DNA of 64,000 nucleotides from Eledone cirrhosa (taxonomy: Eukaryota): contig OZ024742.1 in assembly GCA_964016885.1 (NCBI GenBank), positions 320,106,001 through 320,170,000 on the forward strand, given 5' to 3'. A program made the translations under genes and the position numbers. The notes beneath the pieces were generated by a model. That model was not told where the DNA came from. It saw nothing but the letters and a program-made list of their open reading frames with translations, and ran no database searches. Shown here piece by piece: positions 17,116-31,418 of this stretch. Position 1 is the stretch's first letter. Each line of letters opens with the position of its first letter.

Positions 17116-19044
17116 TTCTATGAAAGGAATTCAGTAAACTCTGTAAAGTGGTAAAGCTGGTGCTACAAAAAATGCACTCATTATATTATACTGTCATTCC
17201 TACCCACCCGTTGTCACTTACCAATGATATCATACTTATTCTTCCCCCCCTCTTGCATATGGTAGAGAGGGTTCTGCAGTTGTGTCAATGACAAACAACC
17301 ACCTTGGTGCTGGTGTCACAATAAAATGCACCCATTTCACTCTGTAAGGTGGTTGGCATCCATCTTTTGAAACCCTGCCATAAAGAGTTGCAAGGGCACT
17401 TCAGTTGTGTGAAGGACTCAACAACCTCCATACTACTGGTGACCTGACAAAATACACTCAATACACTATATAATGTGGTTGGTGATAAGAAGGGCACCCA
17501 GTTGCAGAAAATGTGCCAAACAAAAAGTGGAGAGGACTCTTCAGTTGTGTCAAGGACATGATGACTTCATTAGTGCTGGTGCCATGATAAAATATATGGT
17601 GCACTTAGTAGAGTGTGGGAAGTTATGTAAGTAAAATGAGGTGTTGGTCCATCTGAGAGATCAGTGAGTTTGATTAGGTAGTAACTTGGTCTCTGGTGAT
17701 CTGCCATACCTTTACTAGTAGGGAAAAGGGATGTTAAATCATAATTGTTTCTACTTTTGGCACAAGACCAGCAAATACCCAGTGCATTACTGGTACTTTA
17801 TTTTATCGACCCCGGAAGGATGAAAGGCAAAGTTAACCTCGGCGGGATTTGAACTCAGATCATACAGGGAGGTAACTCTATGCTTCAAAGCATGGCGTCC
17901 GACCCTTTACCGATTATGCATGTATGTATGTATGTATGTATGTAAAAAGTAAACAGAAATAACAAAGCAAACAGTACAGTATAATGAAGAAATATGTTAG
18001 TTTAATGCTTGGTATAGTTGGAAAAGAGACACTAGCTCGTCATCAGGAGATAGAATGAGAAATAAAGGATGAAATAGAAAGATAGGGAGTGAGAAGAGGA
18101 AGAAATGGAAAAAAATATTATTTGAGAAAAAACATGCATATATTCAGTTAGCCATTTTGGAGAGACTAGTGGTGCAGCAGAAGAAAGGACATGAGGGGGT
18201 GGAGAGAAGAAGGGAAAAGACATGGGTAAAGAGTAGAGTAAGATGGGGGAAGAAACTAAAGGGGTTACTTGGGTGAAAGAGAAATAGAATGGTGAGATGG
18301 AAATGGTAAGAAAGGAGTAATCAGAAGAGAATAGTGTAGGAAAAGTTGTGATGAGTCATGGGATATTGGTATAATGCAAAAAACAATGGAAAAATCCAGT
18401 GATTCAAAACGATATCCTGGTGGAAGTTCAAATAGATTCCTGGTGTGTATGCGCAGGGACATTGAAATACTCAGTGTGGTACCCAAGTGCACGGTTAGTC
18501 CACCGGAAGTGAGGGACCCCCTACTTCTTGTTAGGAGATCATTCTAGGAGAAGAAAAACTCTGATGTAAACCTGCAACTTGTTCAGAGAGTGGGATTGGT
18601 CCAGTACAAGGTCTTTCTTCAATTAAAACAGCTTTAAGCAAAGGCATCACTTGATCTAAGCAACTTTCATGTGTGTTGCATGAGCATGGCCTTTTCTTTT
18701 TTTCTTTCACAGTGGCATATGATGAAAGTAATCTGAGTCTTTGGTGGATTTTCATATATGAGAAAAAGGTCAAAGGATGGCAATTCTTGAAACTGAGATG
18801 CAGCCATTGTATGCACGCACACACACACACACACATATTCACATATGTACAATATATCATCATATTCACTGTTTAATGTCTATTTTCCATGCAGACATGG
18901 ATTAAGATGTTTTGAGATACTGTTTATATATATATATATAGATGATGATGATGATGATGGTGATGATATATGCTACATTTCTACTTAGAAAATATATTTC
19001 CGCACTCTACCCACCAATATTGAGTGCTCATTCCATTAATGTTT

Positions 19045-19159
19045 TAATGTCTTAGATACTACAGGAGATGACGAAGGACCGTGACAAGTGGAGAGATGCT
19101 GTGCTGAATAGGACCCGTCCAACCCTTGTAAGCAGGGAAAAGCGGACGTAAAATGATGA

Positions 19160-19165
<6 letters not shown>
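19045..19165 (+). mobile_element. RTE extreme 3' end with (GAT)n tail
   Basis: MTKDRDKWRDAVL..TR matches the end of ORF 29740-30519, followed by aaccc..agc.gggaaaagcggacgtaaaa(tga)n. Confidence 0.65.
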
Positions 19166-19192
<27 letters not shown>

Positions 19193-19699
19193 AATATATG
19201 ATGATCTTCTGCTCAATTTCTGCCTACAAGAGGCTTCTGAGGCTATAGAAGAAGAAACTTATCCAAGGTATCACACAGTGTGACTGAACTTGAAACTACA
19301 TGGCTGCAAAGCAAATTCCTTACCTACATAGCCATACCTGTGCTGTGCCTTGTGTGTAAGTTTTTCACTTATTCCTTACAAAAACCTCCAAATCATGGAG
19401 CTGTAAATTTTTTTTAAAGATTTGTAAAGCGGATGAGAAATAGCTATCTCCCTCACCATCTAATGATGATGATGATGATTACTAGTTTATTGCAGATAAA
19501 TTTGCCAGACAGGATCTAAGTTCCTAGTTCCTATTCACAACAGTTTGCAGAGCAAATGAACATATAATTAAGTACCTAGCCCAGAAATACACTGAAACAC
19601 TTATCAGTAGTTGTTAATTAACTCTACACTTATGAGTCATTTGTCCAATATCTTGTTTACTTTGGCCATTTTATCATTTTGCAGGCATCAAAACTGTTT

Positions 19700-20340
19700 A
19701 ACATTATAAGTCCAAACCAACACAGTCTTCTCTCCTGCACACCACCTCGGATTCCTCTTAAACCCAGCTTCTCCTTCAACTTGTCCAAGCTCTGCCTTTC
19801 TCTCATACTTACATTACACAAGCATGGATGCTTCATTTATCTTCAGTCTATGTCCTCTGCAGTCACAGCCTATGTTTCATTACCATGCATGAAGCATTGC
19901 ACTTCATGCATAGGTGTCATACAGTGATTCTTTTTTGTTAGGAAGAAACCTTTTCTGGTCAACAGTGGCTGTAGTTGTCTGAACTTTTTCCATCCTTTCC
20001 TTATTCTAGCTATTATGCTCTACCTCCATTGCAAATTATGATGCTTAGATAGCAGAAGCTATCAACCATTTCTATGGGTCCTTCCTGTGACTGGAATAGG
20101 ATTACATCACTGGTTATCTTCTGATCAGTTACCCCTGCACATCTTCTCCTAACAAAGTTTTCCTTTCCTGTTAGTCTATCTATTATCCTTCTACATCTCT
20201 TGTGTACCCAAGATTTACATTGTGTACATCGTATGGAGTTTATGCCAACTCCCTTTCTACATACTGAGCAGGGCTACTTCCCTGAAGGAATCAGGGTCCT
20301 ATCTTCTCTCCTACTCACTTTAGTTTTGGCTAAGTTTACT
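19700..20340 (-). mobile_element. Degenerate copy of the same RTE family
   Basis: Reverse complement matches 29740-30300 (PCSVCRKGVGINSIRCTQCKSWVHKRC, SFCYL, GWKKFRQL). Confidence 0.8.
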
Positions 20341-20983
20341 CACTGTGTGTCTGGGAGGTCAGTAAACTTGCCTTAGTATTGACTCGATCTGTTATAATTT
20401 CGTCACATTCTATTTATTACGTATTCGATAGTATCTTTTATATAATAGTCAGACACACATATATAGTAGCTGAGTGCTGAAGAAACAACACCTAAGCTTG
20501 ACAGCTGGTAAATCGGATGGATAATCACATCACTAATGATTATATAAGTAACATACAATTTGATGAGATTGTGTCTGATTATTACATAATGGATGCCATA
20601 GAAATATGCGTTACAGGATTACATAATAAATAGAATGTAATGAAATTATAACACAATGCCTTCTAGAGATGTCAACATGAATGGACCTATTATTTTTATC
20701 TAACAACATTTTTTCCAATTCCATCCCGCCCATCCCCTTAATCTATTTTATTTCTCATTCTTTCTTCTGATGAAGGACTAGCATCTGAAACTTTAAGACC
20801 CTCTTCCTGCTATACGTTAACCTAATATATACCTTCCATATACTGTACCGATTGTGTTGTTATTTATGTTTACCTTTTACATACATATATATATATATAT
20901 AACAAAGGAGGTGTGGTAAGGGACCAGATGGACCATAATGCACCAAAGTTCTCAATACTTAGGGTAGTAGAGTGGGTAATAGG

Positions 20984-21088
20984 AAAAAGTTTAACCCCGA
21001 CGGCAGAGCTCAAGCCGTTTTGACGGCTGTTTCTGTCCAGAAATAGCTGTCGAAACGGCTTGAGCTCTGCCGTCGGGGTTAAACTTTT

Positions 21089-21089
<1 letters not shown>
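20984..21089. repeat. Near-perfect 106-bp palindrome
   Basis: 52-bp arms, 2-nt loop, 3 mismatches. Confidence 0.95.
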
Positions 21090-21131
<42 letters not shown>

Positions 21132-23956
21132 ACATATATATAAAGCTTGCCAAAGAAAGGGTTGGGAAGACCCTTCATTTGTGTCAAAGACATGACAATT
21201 TACCTAGTGTTAGTGATCTACATGATAAACGCACCCAGTACACAGTGTAAAGTGATTGGTAATCGGAAAGGCATCCTTAGTCCTGGAACCACAATAAAAT
21301 GCACTCAGATCATTGGACCATATCTAAGCAAGATGCAGGCTTCCAGTGTGTCTGGGAGATCAGTAGACTTTCTTTAGTATTGACTCAGTCTGTAAAAACC
21401 TGTCCAGCTCTTGCTATCAGGGAAAGCAAACATTAAATGATGCTGATGATGTATATATATATAATACTTATTATCATCATCTTTTTTATGTCCACTTTTC
21501 CATGTTAGTATGTGTTTTATGGGATATTTTGAGGCAATGTTTTATAATCTTCCTGATGCCAACACTTTTAGTCACCTCTTATCACATGCACAGACTACAT
21601 TATTCAATGCGTCCTTCTCATAAGATGATAGAGTAATGGTTGTTATTTCCAGCAAGTCAAGTGCCAATGTAGTGCCACCGTCATCGGCTCATATTGAGAC
21701 ATATAGTCACACTAAGCACATTATATTAGATATTTTCCCGAAACTTAAAAAATTTCTGTGAAATTCACACAGGCCATTGAAGATAAGTGTGTGCCATGTG
21801 AAATTTAAATATAGTTGTTGTCGTCAGCCTGGTTTTAATAGTAACATCAGTGAAGGTATTAAAATGGTCATCATTATTCTCTGCTCATTTACTCATGATT
21901 TCTTGATATTCTTATCTGTATAAGGACATTTTCACACAACCTTCAGACTATCATGAAAAATATTATTCATGGATTTACTTGATAAGCAACCAGAAATAAA
22001 CCCTCGTGAGACCAAAAAAACTTGTTTTTCAATTGTTTTACGAGACTTCTAACAGTCAACTATAAATATTTCCGCCTTTTTCTCTCTCTAATTTCAGTCA
22101 AATATTTATTTTCTTATATGGACATGATAATAATTTTGGATTCATTAGTGAAGAGAAAGTGAATAGCTGAAATATGTTAAATTTCCCAAGAACTTCAAGG
22201 ACGGAAGCAAAGTAAAATACTTTCAACCAGAAATTGTAACTGAATCATGGAATCACTAACTCACCTGTAACTTAACTCTTTCTCTCTGGCATATGTCACA
22301 TTTATAACTACTTGTTTAGTGAGTTTCATAACCCAGTGGCCCATATAGAGTATCTTAATTTTTTCATTATAATATTTCTAATGAAAGACACTGCTAATGA
22401 TTTTCAAATCATTTTGAAAATAATCAAGAATTTGGAGAGATTTAATAATATGCATTTGGTGGCAAAAAAAAAATCTTGCAGCTATTCCTTTATTGGTTTC
22501 AGTCATTAGACTGTATTCATGCTGAGGCACCACCTTAACCAGATTTAGTCAATCATATTTTATCAAGTCTGACACTTAGTTTATCATTCTCTTTTTGGAA
22601 AACCGCTAAGTTATTGGACAGAAACAAATAGTAAACACAAACACAAACATGGAGACACAATACACAGCTACACTTGATTCTTCTTACTGCCAAGTTTTTT
22701 TCTCGACTCATTTGTGCTTCATTGTTCATGTACATTAACTTTACACATCCAATGGAGCATGCTTAAATTGTTTCTCACCAGCCTTATCATGTTCTTGGCA
22801 TTCAACTAATTCATACTTCCTACAATGTATAATTACTGCTGTATTGACTGAACTGAGTTTATTTCCATATTTGGTGTATTCACATCTTGATGGAATCTAG
22901 TCATTTTAATAAGAGCTCTCTTTACAGATTATTTGTGTATATATCCCAGCTTCTCATAGTCTTAATTAGTTGAAAAATATCTTCAACCTTGAATATGAAC
23001 ACTAGATTGACAAACCAATGACAGATTTGCAACATGGTCTCTTAACTTGCTAGAAATAGGAGCCAAATCTCTGTCAAATCACACTATCATTATCATCATC
23101 GTTTAATATCTGACTTCCTTGCTAACAAGGGCTGAATGTGCTGTCATAGACCAGTCAATATTCAAGTTTTACTGACCTCTCAGATGACCATAGGGTTCAC
23201 ATCTTGCTTACATATGTTCCCATACTCTATTGATTGCTCTGACAAGTCAGGAGCCTACATTTTACTTACATTTCATCTCTCACTTTACCAAGTGCATTTT
23301 ATGATGACACCAGCACTAATAAAGTTATAATATTTTTGCAACAGCTCAAGAATCTTCCTGACACTTTATTTGGTAGGGTTTCTATTCTGCTTAAATAGAA
23401 AAAGAAACACAGAAGCGGGTGGAGTGTCATAGCAGTGATGCGTTTCACCATAGGGTTACTTGATCAGAGAGGCAATAACAACAATGATTTGATGAGCCTC
23501 CATGTGGTTTCTCAAACAGCTAGAAATAACAGCCAAACATTCTTCAAATCACACCCTACCACTTTAAAAAAAGATGGACACATTGGATAGTGTAGTTATA
23601 AATGTATAAATTGGGGAGGGAACACAACTGAAATGCTGTTAAACATGTCTGCTCTATCATGATTAACTTTATAAAACAATATCAGTCTGATGAGCCAACA
23701 AAAGAACATTTACACAGTTACTCAACTTGTGAGGAATAGCAGCCAAATCTCTTTCAAATCACATCTTACTACATGAACATTGGAGAACATTTTGGATGAT
23801 GTGTTTCTTGATGCACTATGTCAGAATATAAGATGAGATGGTCATTGCAAGACATCTTTGGTCATAGTTCTACTTAATCTGAGCTCATCTGAAACTAAAC
23901 AAGAACAATAATCTGACAGAGGTTCAGATTTTGGAGTAATTTGAACTCAGCACTGA

Positions 23957-24033
23957 TGGGTAATGAAATACTGGGTAATGAAATACTGGGTAATGAAATA
24001 CTGGGTAATGAAATACTGGGTAATGAAATACTG
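23957..24033. repeat. 15-bp minisatellite (TGGGTAATGAAATAC) x5
   Basis: Five perfect copies. Confidence 0.95.
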
Positions 24034-24854
24034 ATCAGTTATACATAATCCCTCTGTTTACAGTGGAGAGGAGCTGAAGATTAAGTGGACAGTCAATGAA
24101 AACCTAATTGATTTGCTATGAATACAACAAAACATTGGTTGGTGTGAGATACATACCAACAAGTTTCGTTTGATTCAGTCAGCATCATGGGACTCTAGCT
24201 AGCTGCATATTATAGATACGCATACATATATACATACATACACATACATACATATGCATACACATACATACATGCATATATATACATACATATACATACA
24301 TACACATACACACACACACACACAGATATATATATACATATATATGATGATACATATACATACAGATACATGCACACATATATACACGTACACATATACA
24401 TACACATACATACACATACATGCACATACATGCATACATACATACATGATGGCTGCCACCTCATTATTTAGTATGGTCATTGCACAATATAACATTATTA
24501 ATAATTATCAATAAATGCTATCGTGCAATGCCTGTGCATGAAGATTTTTTTAAAGAGAGGAAAGACTACACACTGAGTCAATCCCACTCTCTGAGCGACA
24601 GTAGCTATGACCCGAAAAGAAGAAAAGATCAATATCATAGGTAACTTTTGAGCAGCAGGTTTTATGTTGGAGTTATCCCAGTTTCCTGAGTTGCTTTCTC
24701 CTAGAAGAATGCTCTGACAAAGGCTAGGGGTCCTTCACTCCCAGTGGTTTAACCATGTGATCGGGTATCCAGCCCGATTATTTCTAACATACATACATAC
24801 ATACATATGTACATACATATATACATACACATACACACATATACACATTCGTAC

Positions 24855-24920
<66 letters not shown>

Positions 24921-25077
24921 TCATACATACATACATAAGTGGTTCAAGTGGTTAACACTCTACAGTGGTATACCATTTCAATGGCATGTTTTGCCAGTTT
25001 GAATCCTCAACAGCTTGTGAGTGGCTGAGAATATATATATATTGCCCAACCTTTCCTAACAAGGAAAAGAGGCGTTA

Positions 25078-25223
25078 GATGATGATGTTGTTGATGTTGT
25101 TGATGATGATGTTGTTGTTGTTGTTGATGATGATGATGATGATAATGTTGACGATGATGATGATGATGATGATGACGAAAACGACAATGATGATGATGAT
25201 GATGATGATGATGACGATGATGA
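25078..25223. repeat. (GAT/GTT)n microsatellite
   Basis: Seen directly; gives the poly-H, poly-M and poly-S ORFs. Confidence 0.95.
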
Positions 25224-28200
25224 TACATACATATGTATTGTCAGGTGGTAGTGGTGGTAGTACCATGAGAAAATAAAGTTGATACGTTGTGAAATGGTTA
25301 ACATTAAGAAGGACATCCAGCCATAGAAACCCTGCCAAAATTTAAGAGTAAAACAAAATTATTTGACCTGTTAAGCCTCAGAACATGAGAGCCCATCTAA
25401 CCCATGCAAATATGGAAAATAGACCTCTGATGATGGTGATGATGATATATACTAATACTGCCAATTTACTACTCTTGATTGGTTCTTTATTTTATTGACC
25501 CCAAAAGGATGAAAGGCAAAGTTGGCCTCAGCTGGATTTAAACCTGGAGCACAGTGTGCCAGAACAAATACTGCCAGGTATTTTGTGTTAATCTCAAACG
25601 ATTTTGAAATTGTTTGTTAAAATTAAAATTAAAATTTAAATACTTGATATTTTTTAAAAAGCTGAATAGAGAATGACAATTTACATATAGCAGGTTCAAA
25701 CAGCAATCACTAAATTATACAGATTTTTAGTTCACTTAACAGAAAAGTCAAGCCATATATATAGTATATGTATATATGTTCTTACATACATACATTGTAC
25801 TGTTAACTCTATCAGCTGTTGTTACAGACTTCAAGTAGCTCTTAGACTAATTAAATTCCTTGGCGTTCAGAGAAACGTTTTGGCTATTGTGGTGTCTATT
25901 CAGAGAATTACAATTAATTGTATTAGAGGTATTTTAAAGTGCATGCAGGACACTACTAATGAGTGAAGAAAGGAGAAGGGAAGAAGGAAAAAAATTTTTA
26001 GAAAATAATATAGTGATTCAGGGAGAGAAATATGTCAAGGAGGTCAGACCTGTTACAAGTCAGCTTGGTCTCTCATATAACGCTTTTATTTTAATTTTTT
26101 TCTATTTTATTTTATTTTTAGTTTCAGTTTTGAACAGTCAGTAAAGGGAATCATTAAACCAAGTGTAAAAAAACAAAAAGAAACAAAAAAACAAAAAAAA
26201 ACAGAAACTGACCTTTCCTCTTAACTTCCTCATTATCCAAGTGACATTTTTTTGTATTGGCTACAGCTGAAAATAATTCAAGAATTAACTCTAAACTGTT
26301 AGATAAAACTGAAGAAAATACTGATAAAGATAGAAAAAAATAGGATTTTTATCATAGATGATGTTAGGGTACAGAAAGTAGAGAGCAGAGAGTAGAAAGC
26401 AGGGTTTAATACATCACAATGTTAAATGCCTCTATAAAATTCACCTTGTACACTTGTAAAGTGTTAGTGCTGGTGTTATGATGAAATGCACCCAGTACAC
26501 TCTGTGAAGTGGCTCTCAATCGAACGGAGTCTATGTAGAGAGAACGCTTCAGTCTTCTCGAGGACATAAACAAATGTCACCGTCTGTGTAAGTGGCGTCA
26601 AATGTGAAGCAAAAATACACACACCCCTACTACATGCACACACACACCTACATCACACATACACACACACCTACAATACATATGCACATACACACATACA
26701 AGGATTCTAACAAAGATATACTACAATAGTTTCCCATAGCCTTGTATAGGAGGAATTCTACCCACCATCCCAAGCCAATGAAACACCTCTCACCTTTACA
26801 GTACCTCCACTGCTTACAGAAGTAAAGTGCATCTGTCCCTAATATATATTTAAAACTGTGTAAACTGGTGACTGTGAAGGCCAGTGGCCTAGTGGTTAGG
26901 GTGTTAAGCTAGTGATCAGAAGGTTTCAAATTTGATTCTGGTACTGGACAGTGTATTGTCTTTGAGCAAAGCACTTCATTTCATGTTGTTCTAGGCAACT
27001 GAAGTAAAACAAATGAATACCAGCAGCTGGGTATTAATCTTTCAGTAGAGTAGTTTTTTTAAAACTTTTAGTCATAGAATACCACATGAATCCTGGATAA
27101 GCTTTGGTCTGATGCACCTTTAAGCTCAAGAAAGTCTTTAACTTTAAAAACTGGAGAGTTAACTAATGAGTGTTAACTCTCTTCACCAGAGTAAAGTTTT
27201 CAAACTTTTCCCCACCCTTACTTCATGTTATCTTCCAGTTATATGAAATTGCTTTCATATTACCTACCAGAGTGCAGCATCAACATGGGTTCAAATTACC
27301 CCAGCATTGTTCATATTACCCACCTATTCTCACTGATTTAACTAAAATGATAAATTCTAATGCTTACAATTAGCCACAATGGCTGGAAACACATTGAGGA
27401 ATTATTTGAGGGTTTAAATTGAAATAATTGTTTCTACTTTAGGCACAAGGCCAGCAATTACCCAGTGCATTACTGGTACTTTATTTTATCGACCCCGTAA
27501 GGATGAAAGGCAAAGTCAACCTCGGCAGGATTTGAACTCAGATCGTAAATGGACGTAACTATGCTGGAAAGCATGGCGTCCGACCCTCTACCGGAAATAA
27601 TAGTGATATAAAATGAAGGTAGCTTCAATCTACACAAGTGTTGTCTAGAATGTTGAAATTTAACCCATGACCTTGTAATCATGAGATTACAAGGTCATGG
27701 GTTAAATTTCTGAACTGGATGGCACGTTGTATCTTCCATTAAGACACTCCATTTCATATTGCTGCAATGAATACTAACGGCAGCTGGAGTTTAAGCTCTG
27801 AAATGGGTTGGCATTCCATCATAAAGATTACGGCTGAAACCTATATCATTAAAACACCCAAGAAACCTACGTTAAGATATAACCTTCCAGGAAGCCAGCT
27901 AAAACTACGTAAGTGTGAGATGTAACAACAACAAGGGTAATTTTGAAATTAATGTCATTTTAACCCCAGATAAGCTAAACACAAGTTTGTGTTTTGGGGA
28001 GGTAAGATGAAGCATGGGTAATGTGGAATCACTACACCAAAGGAGGAGAACAGTCCAAAGCCAAGAGAAAGAGAGAGAGAATCAACCCCAGTTTTTAACT
28101 GGTATAATATTTATTGACCTCAAAAGGATGAAAGATTGAGTTGACCTCAACACATTTGAACTCAGATTTGTATCAGATTATGAATTCATGAAACTAATAG

Positions 28201-28300
28201 GTCAATAGACTATTCACATGTCTCTATGTTTCTATTACAAACACTTAAAATTTAGCTACGCCCAATTCTCTAAAAGTATATATGTGTGTGTGTCTGCATG

Positions 28301-28358
<58 letters not shown>

Positions 28359-29739
28359 ATACAATTAAAGCTCCTATATTTTTAAAGCAAAATTCCCCAA
28401 ATGTCGATATGATTTATAACTTTTTGACTAAAGTTGGATCCTTAAGGAATGGTGAAATTGTGAAATTGTGAAATTGTGAAATTGTGGAATATGTTATTTA
28501 AATAGGTTAGCTTTTAGTGGTTGATGGGGGGGATATAACATAATATAACTACAGAGTTGAAAATGAATATTTTATTATGCTGAAAATTGTGATGTTTCAG
28601 AGTGATGGTTTAAGAGGTGGGTGGTTAACCAGCTGTAGCTAAGGGCCTACAATATTTAAAGGGCCTAAAATTATTATTAATATTATTATTATCCATAAGG
28701 ATGAAAGGGTTAGGGTTAGGGTTAGAGCTAATCCCGCCGAGGTTAGCTTTGCCTTTCATCCTTACGGGGTTGATAAAATAAAGCACCAGTAATGCACTGG
28801 AGTCGATTTAATTGATTTTCCCTTCCCCCAAAATTGCTGCCCTTGTGCCTAAAGTAGAAACAATTATCATTATTATTCCCTTTACAGTCTGAGTTAAAAT
28901 CCCGCCGAGGTTAACTTTGCCTTTCATCCTTACGGGGTCGATAAAATAAAGTACCAGTAATGTACTGGTATAATTGCTGGCCTTGTGCTTAAAGTAGAAA
29001 CAATTATTATTATTAGATTGTTATTATCATAATTTTACTACTATAAATATGCAAGGGTTCCGATAAAATTTTCAGCCAGGGGTCCCATGCAAGTTTAATC
29101 CATCTCTGTTGTTCCATTCATCTGGGGAAGAATTGTATCACAACATATATTGACATTTCACTAGAAATATATTAATATATATTTATATTTTTGCATTGGT
29201 TTCAGTAATTGGACTGCTGTTATGCTGGAACAAAACTGTGAATGTTTTTCAGTTGAATATATCAACCCCAGTACTTCTCTTAATACTACTTATTTTACAA
29301 TTCATCCAATGGGTTCCTACACAGTTTTCTGTTTATCCGATTTGAAATCATTAGGTCGTGAGTTTAATCTCACTGCGTGGCATCTTGATCAAATATCTAC
29401 ACCATAGCCTCGGGTTGATCCATACCTTGCCAGTGAAATTCGGCACATGGAAACTATGAAAGTGTGTCAAATGGACTGTTACATGTAGCCATGCCGAATC
29501 TTCCCCGAGAACAATATTAAGGGTGCATGTGTTAGTGGAATGCTCAGCCACTTACACATGAATTTACTGAGTAGGCTGTTCGGTCAATCAAATAACTGGT
29601 ACACTCATCGTTGAAACCGACAGAGTTCCATAACCACATCTATATATTTATTCACAATAATATATATATATATATCATGTCTGCGTGTAAAATAGACATT
29701 AAACGATGATGATGATGATGATATATATATATATATATA

Positions 29740-30519
29740 TTGTGTAGGAAAGGCGTAGGTAGAAACTCCATTTTATGTCCTAAATGCAAAGTATGGGTGC
29801 ATAAAAGATGTAGTGGGATCACAGGTAAGCTAACTAAGAACATAGATTTTACATGTGGCCGGTGCTCTGGTGCAATAAGTAGCAGCAAGTGCCCACAAAC
29901 TACTAGCTCTTTCAATTGCGCAGAAGGTTCTATAGAAATAGTGGACAGCTTCCGTTACCTGGGCGATAAAATCAGCAGTGGAGGAGGGTGCTCTGAAAGT
30001 ACTGTAGCTAGAGTCAGAACTGGTTGGAAAAAGTTCAGAGAGCTTATACCACTATTAGCTGCTAAAGGGTTCTCACTAAAAATGAAAGGCAGGTTGTACG
30101 ATGCCTGCATACGAACAGCAATGCTGCATGGCAGTGAGACCTGGGCATTGTGTGCAGAGGATATACGCAGACTAGAGAGGAACGAAGCTTGCATGCTCCG
30201 CTGGATGTGTAACAGTAATATACGTGAACGGCAAAGCATAAACGAACTAAGGAAAAAATTAGAGATAAGAGGGATCAGATGTTGTTTACTCGAGAGAAGG
30301 CTACGTTGGTATGGACACGTGATGCGCATGAAAGTCGATAGCTGTATAACAAAGTGCAGGGCAATAAAGATAGACGGTAGTCACGGAATAGGCAGACCTA
30401 GAAAAACCTGGGACGAGCTGATAAACTCCGACATCACACACTTACACCTCTCCAAGACAATGTCACTGGACCGAGACCTTTGGCGGTACTCAGTAACAGA
30501 GAAGACCCGCCTTACCTAA
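29740..30519 (+). mobile_element. RTE-clade LINE 3' fragment with a PHD-like Cys/His motif
   Basis: CRKGVGRNSILCPKCKVWVHKRC..FTCGRC, FRYLG, MLHGSETW, RRLRWYGHV, GRPRKTW. Confidence 0.9.
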
Positions 30520-30599
30520 ATATATAGTAAAACCTACTCCAGCCAGTAGGCATCTCTAACAAAATACACCCCGTCCCACCACCCCCACCCCCACCCCAT

Positions 30600-30912
30600 C
30601 CACACCACCCCGTTCTATGTAAAGTTATGTTGGTGCCGCGCCATCGAGGCCGAAACAAATGAGATCGTGTAGGTGTCACGACAAAAAAACACACAGTCCA
30701 CGCTGTAATGTGGCCGTGTAGGCAACACGGTAAAAACCTCCCAGACCCACACTGTAAATGTGGTTGGTGTTAGGAAGGGCATCCAACTGTAGAAAACCTG
30801 CCAGACAGTCCTATGCGAGCAAGACAATCACTCTTGCCTCAAGTGGGACTACCCCCGTCCAAACCCATGCAAGCGTGGAACACGGACGTTAAACGTTGAT
30901 GATGATGATGAT
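30600..30912 (+). mobile_element. (GAT)n-tailed SINE-like repeat, third family
   Basis: cactgtaaatgtggttggtgttaggaagggcatcca.ctgtagaaaac..aaacccatgcaagcgtggaacacggacgttaaac(gat)n. Also at 14755-14925, 15655-15830, 21235-21450, 25285-25445 and 32040-32475. Confidence 0.8.
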
Positions 30913-31383
30913 ATATAGAGAAAAATACTGCAGGTCGCACATGGTAACATGTAATAAAATAAGTCCCTCATCAGTGATTTGCCGAAGATCATAGATATTT
31001 CATTGCATTAAAAATCATATATCTCACTTCGGTGCAATAATAACCAAAATAAGTTATTAGGACAATTAAAACGCATAAAGCGAGTGAGACAGGAGAACAA
31101 CAGAAAAATAGCATACCTTAGGGGAGAAACAAGCTTCAAAAATTATTCGTTTAGCATAAGCTAGGTGAATATATGAGAGCTTAGAGAATAGTACCAACAC
31201 GAACGAAAGCCATTGAGCAGAGAGAGAAAAAATAGCGTTCGTGAGTGCAGGATGAAATGAAGAGAAGAGGGAGAAAAACAGTGAGTGAGTGAAAGTGTGA
31301 GGAAGAGTTAACGGACAAGACAGAGGGGGAGAAACAGAGAGAATGGGGGAACAGTAAGAGAGAGAGAAAAAAACACAGAATCG

Positions 31384-31418
<35 letters not shown>

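Noticed and set aside
18440-18720. Coding-looking stretch on the minus strand
   Set aside because: No recognisable motif or convincing splice pair.
23957-24033. CRISPR-like repeat
   Set aside because: No spacers; a simple 15-bp tandem repeat in eukaryotic DNA.
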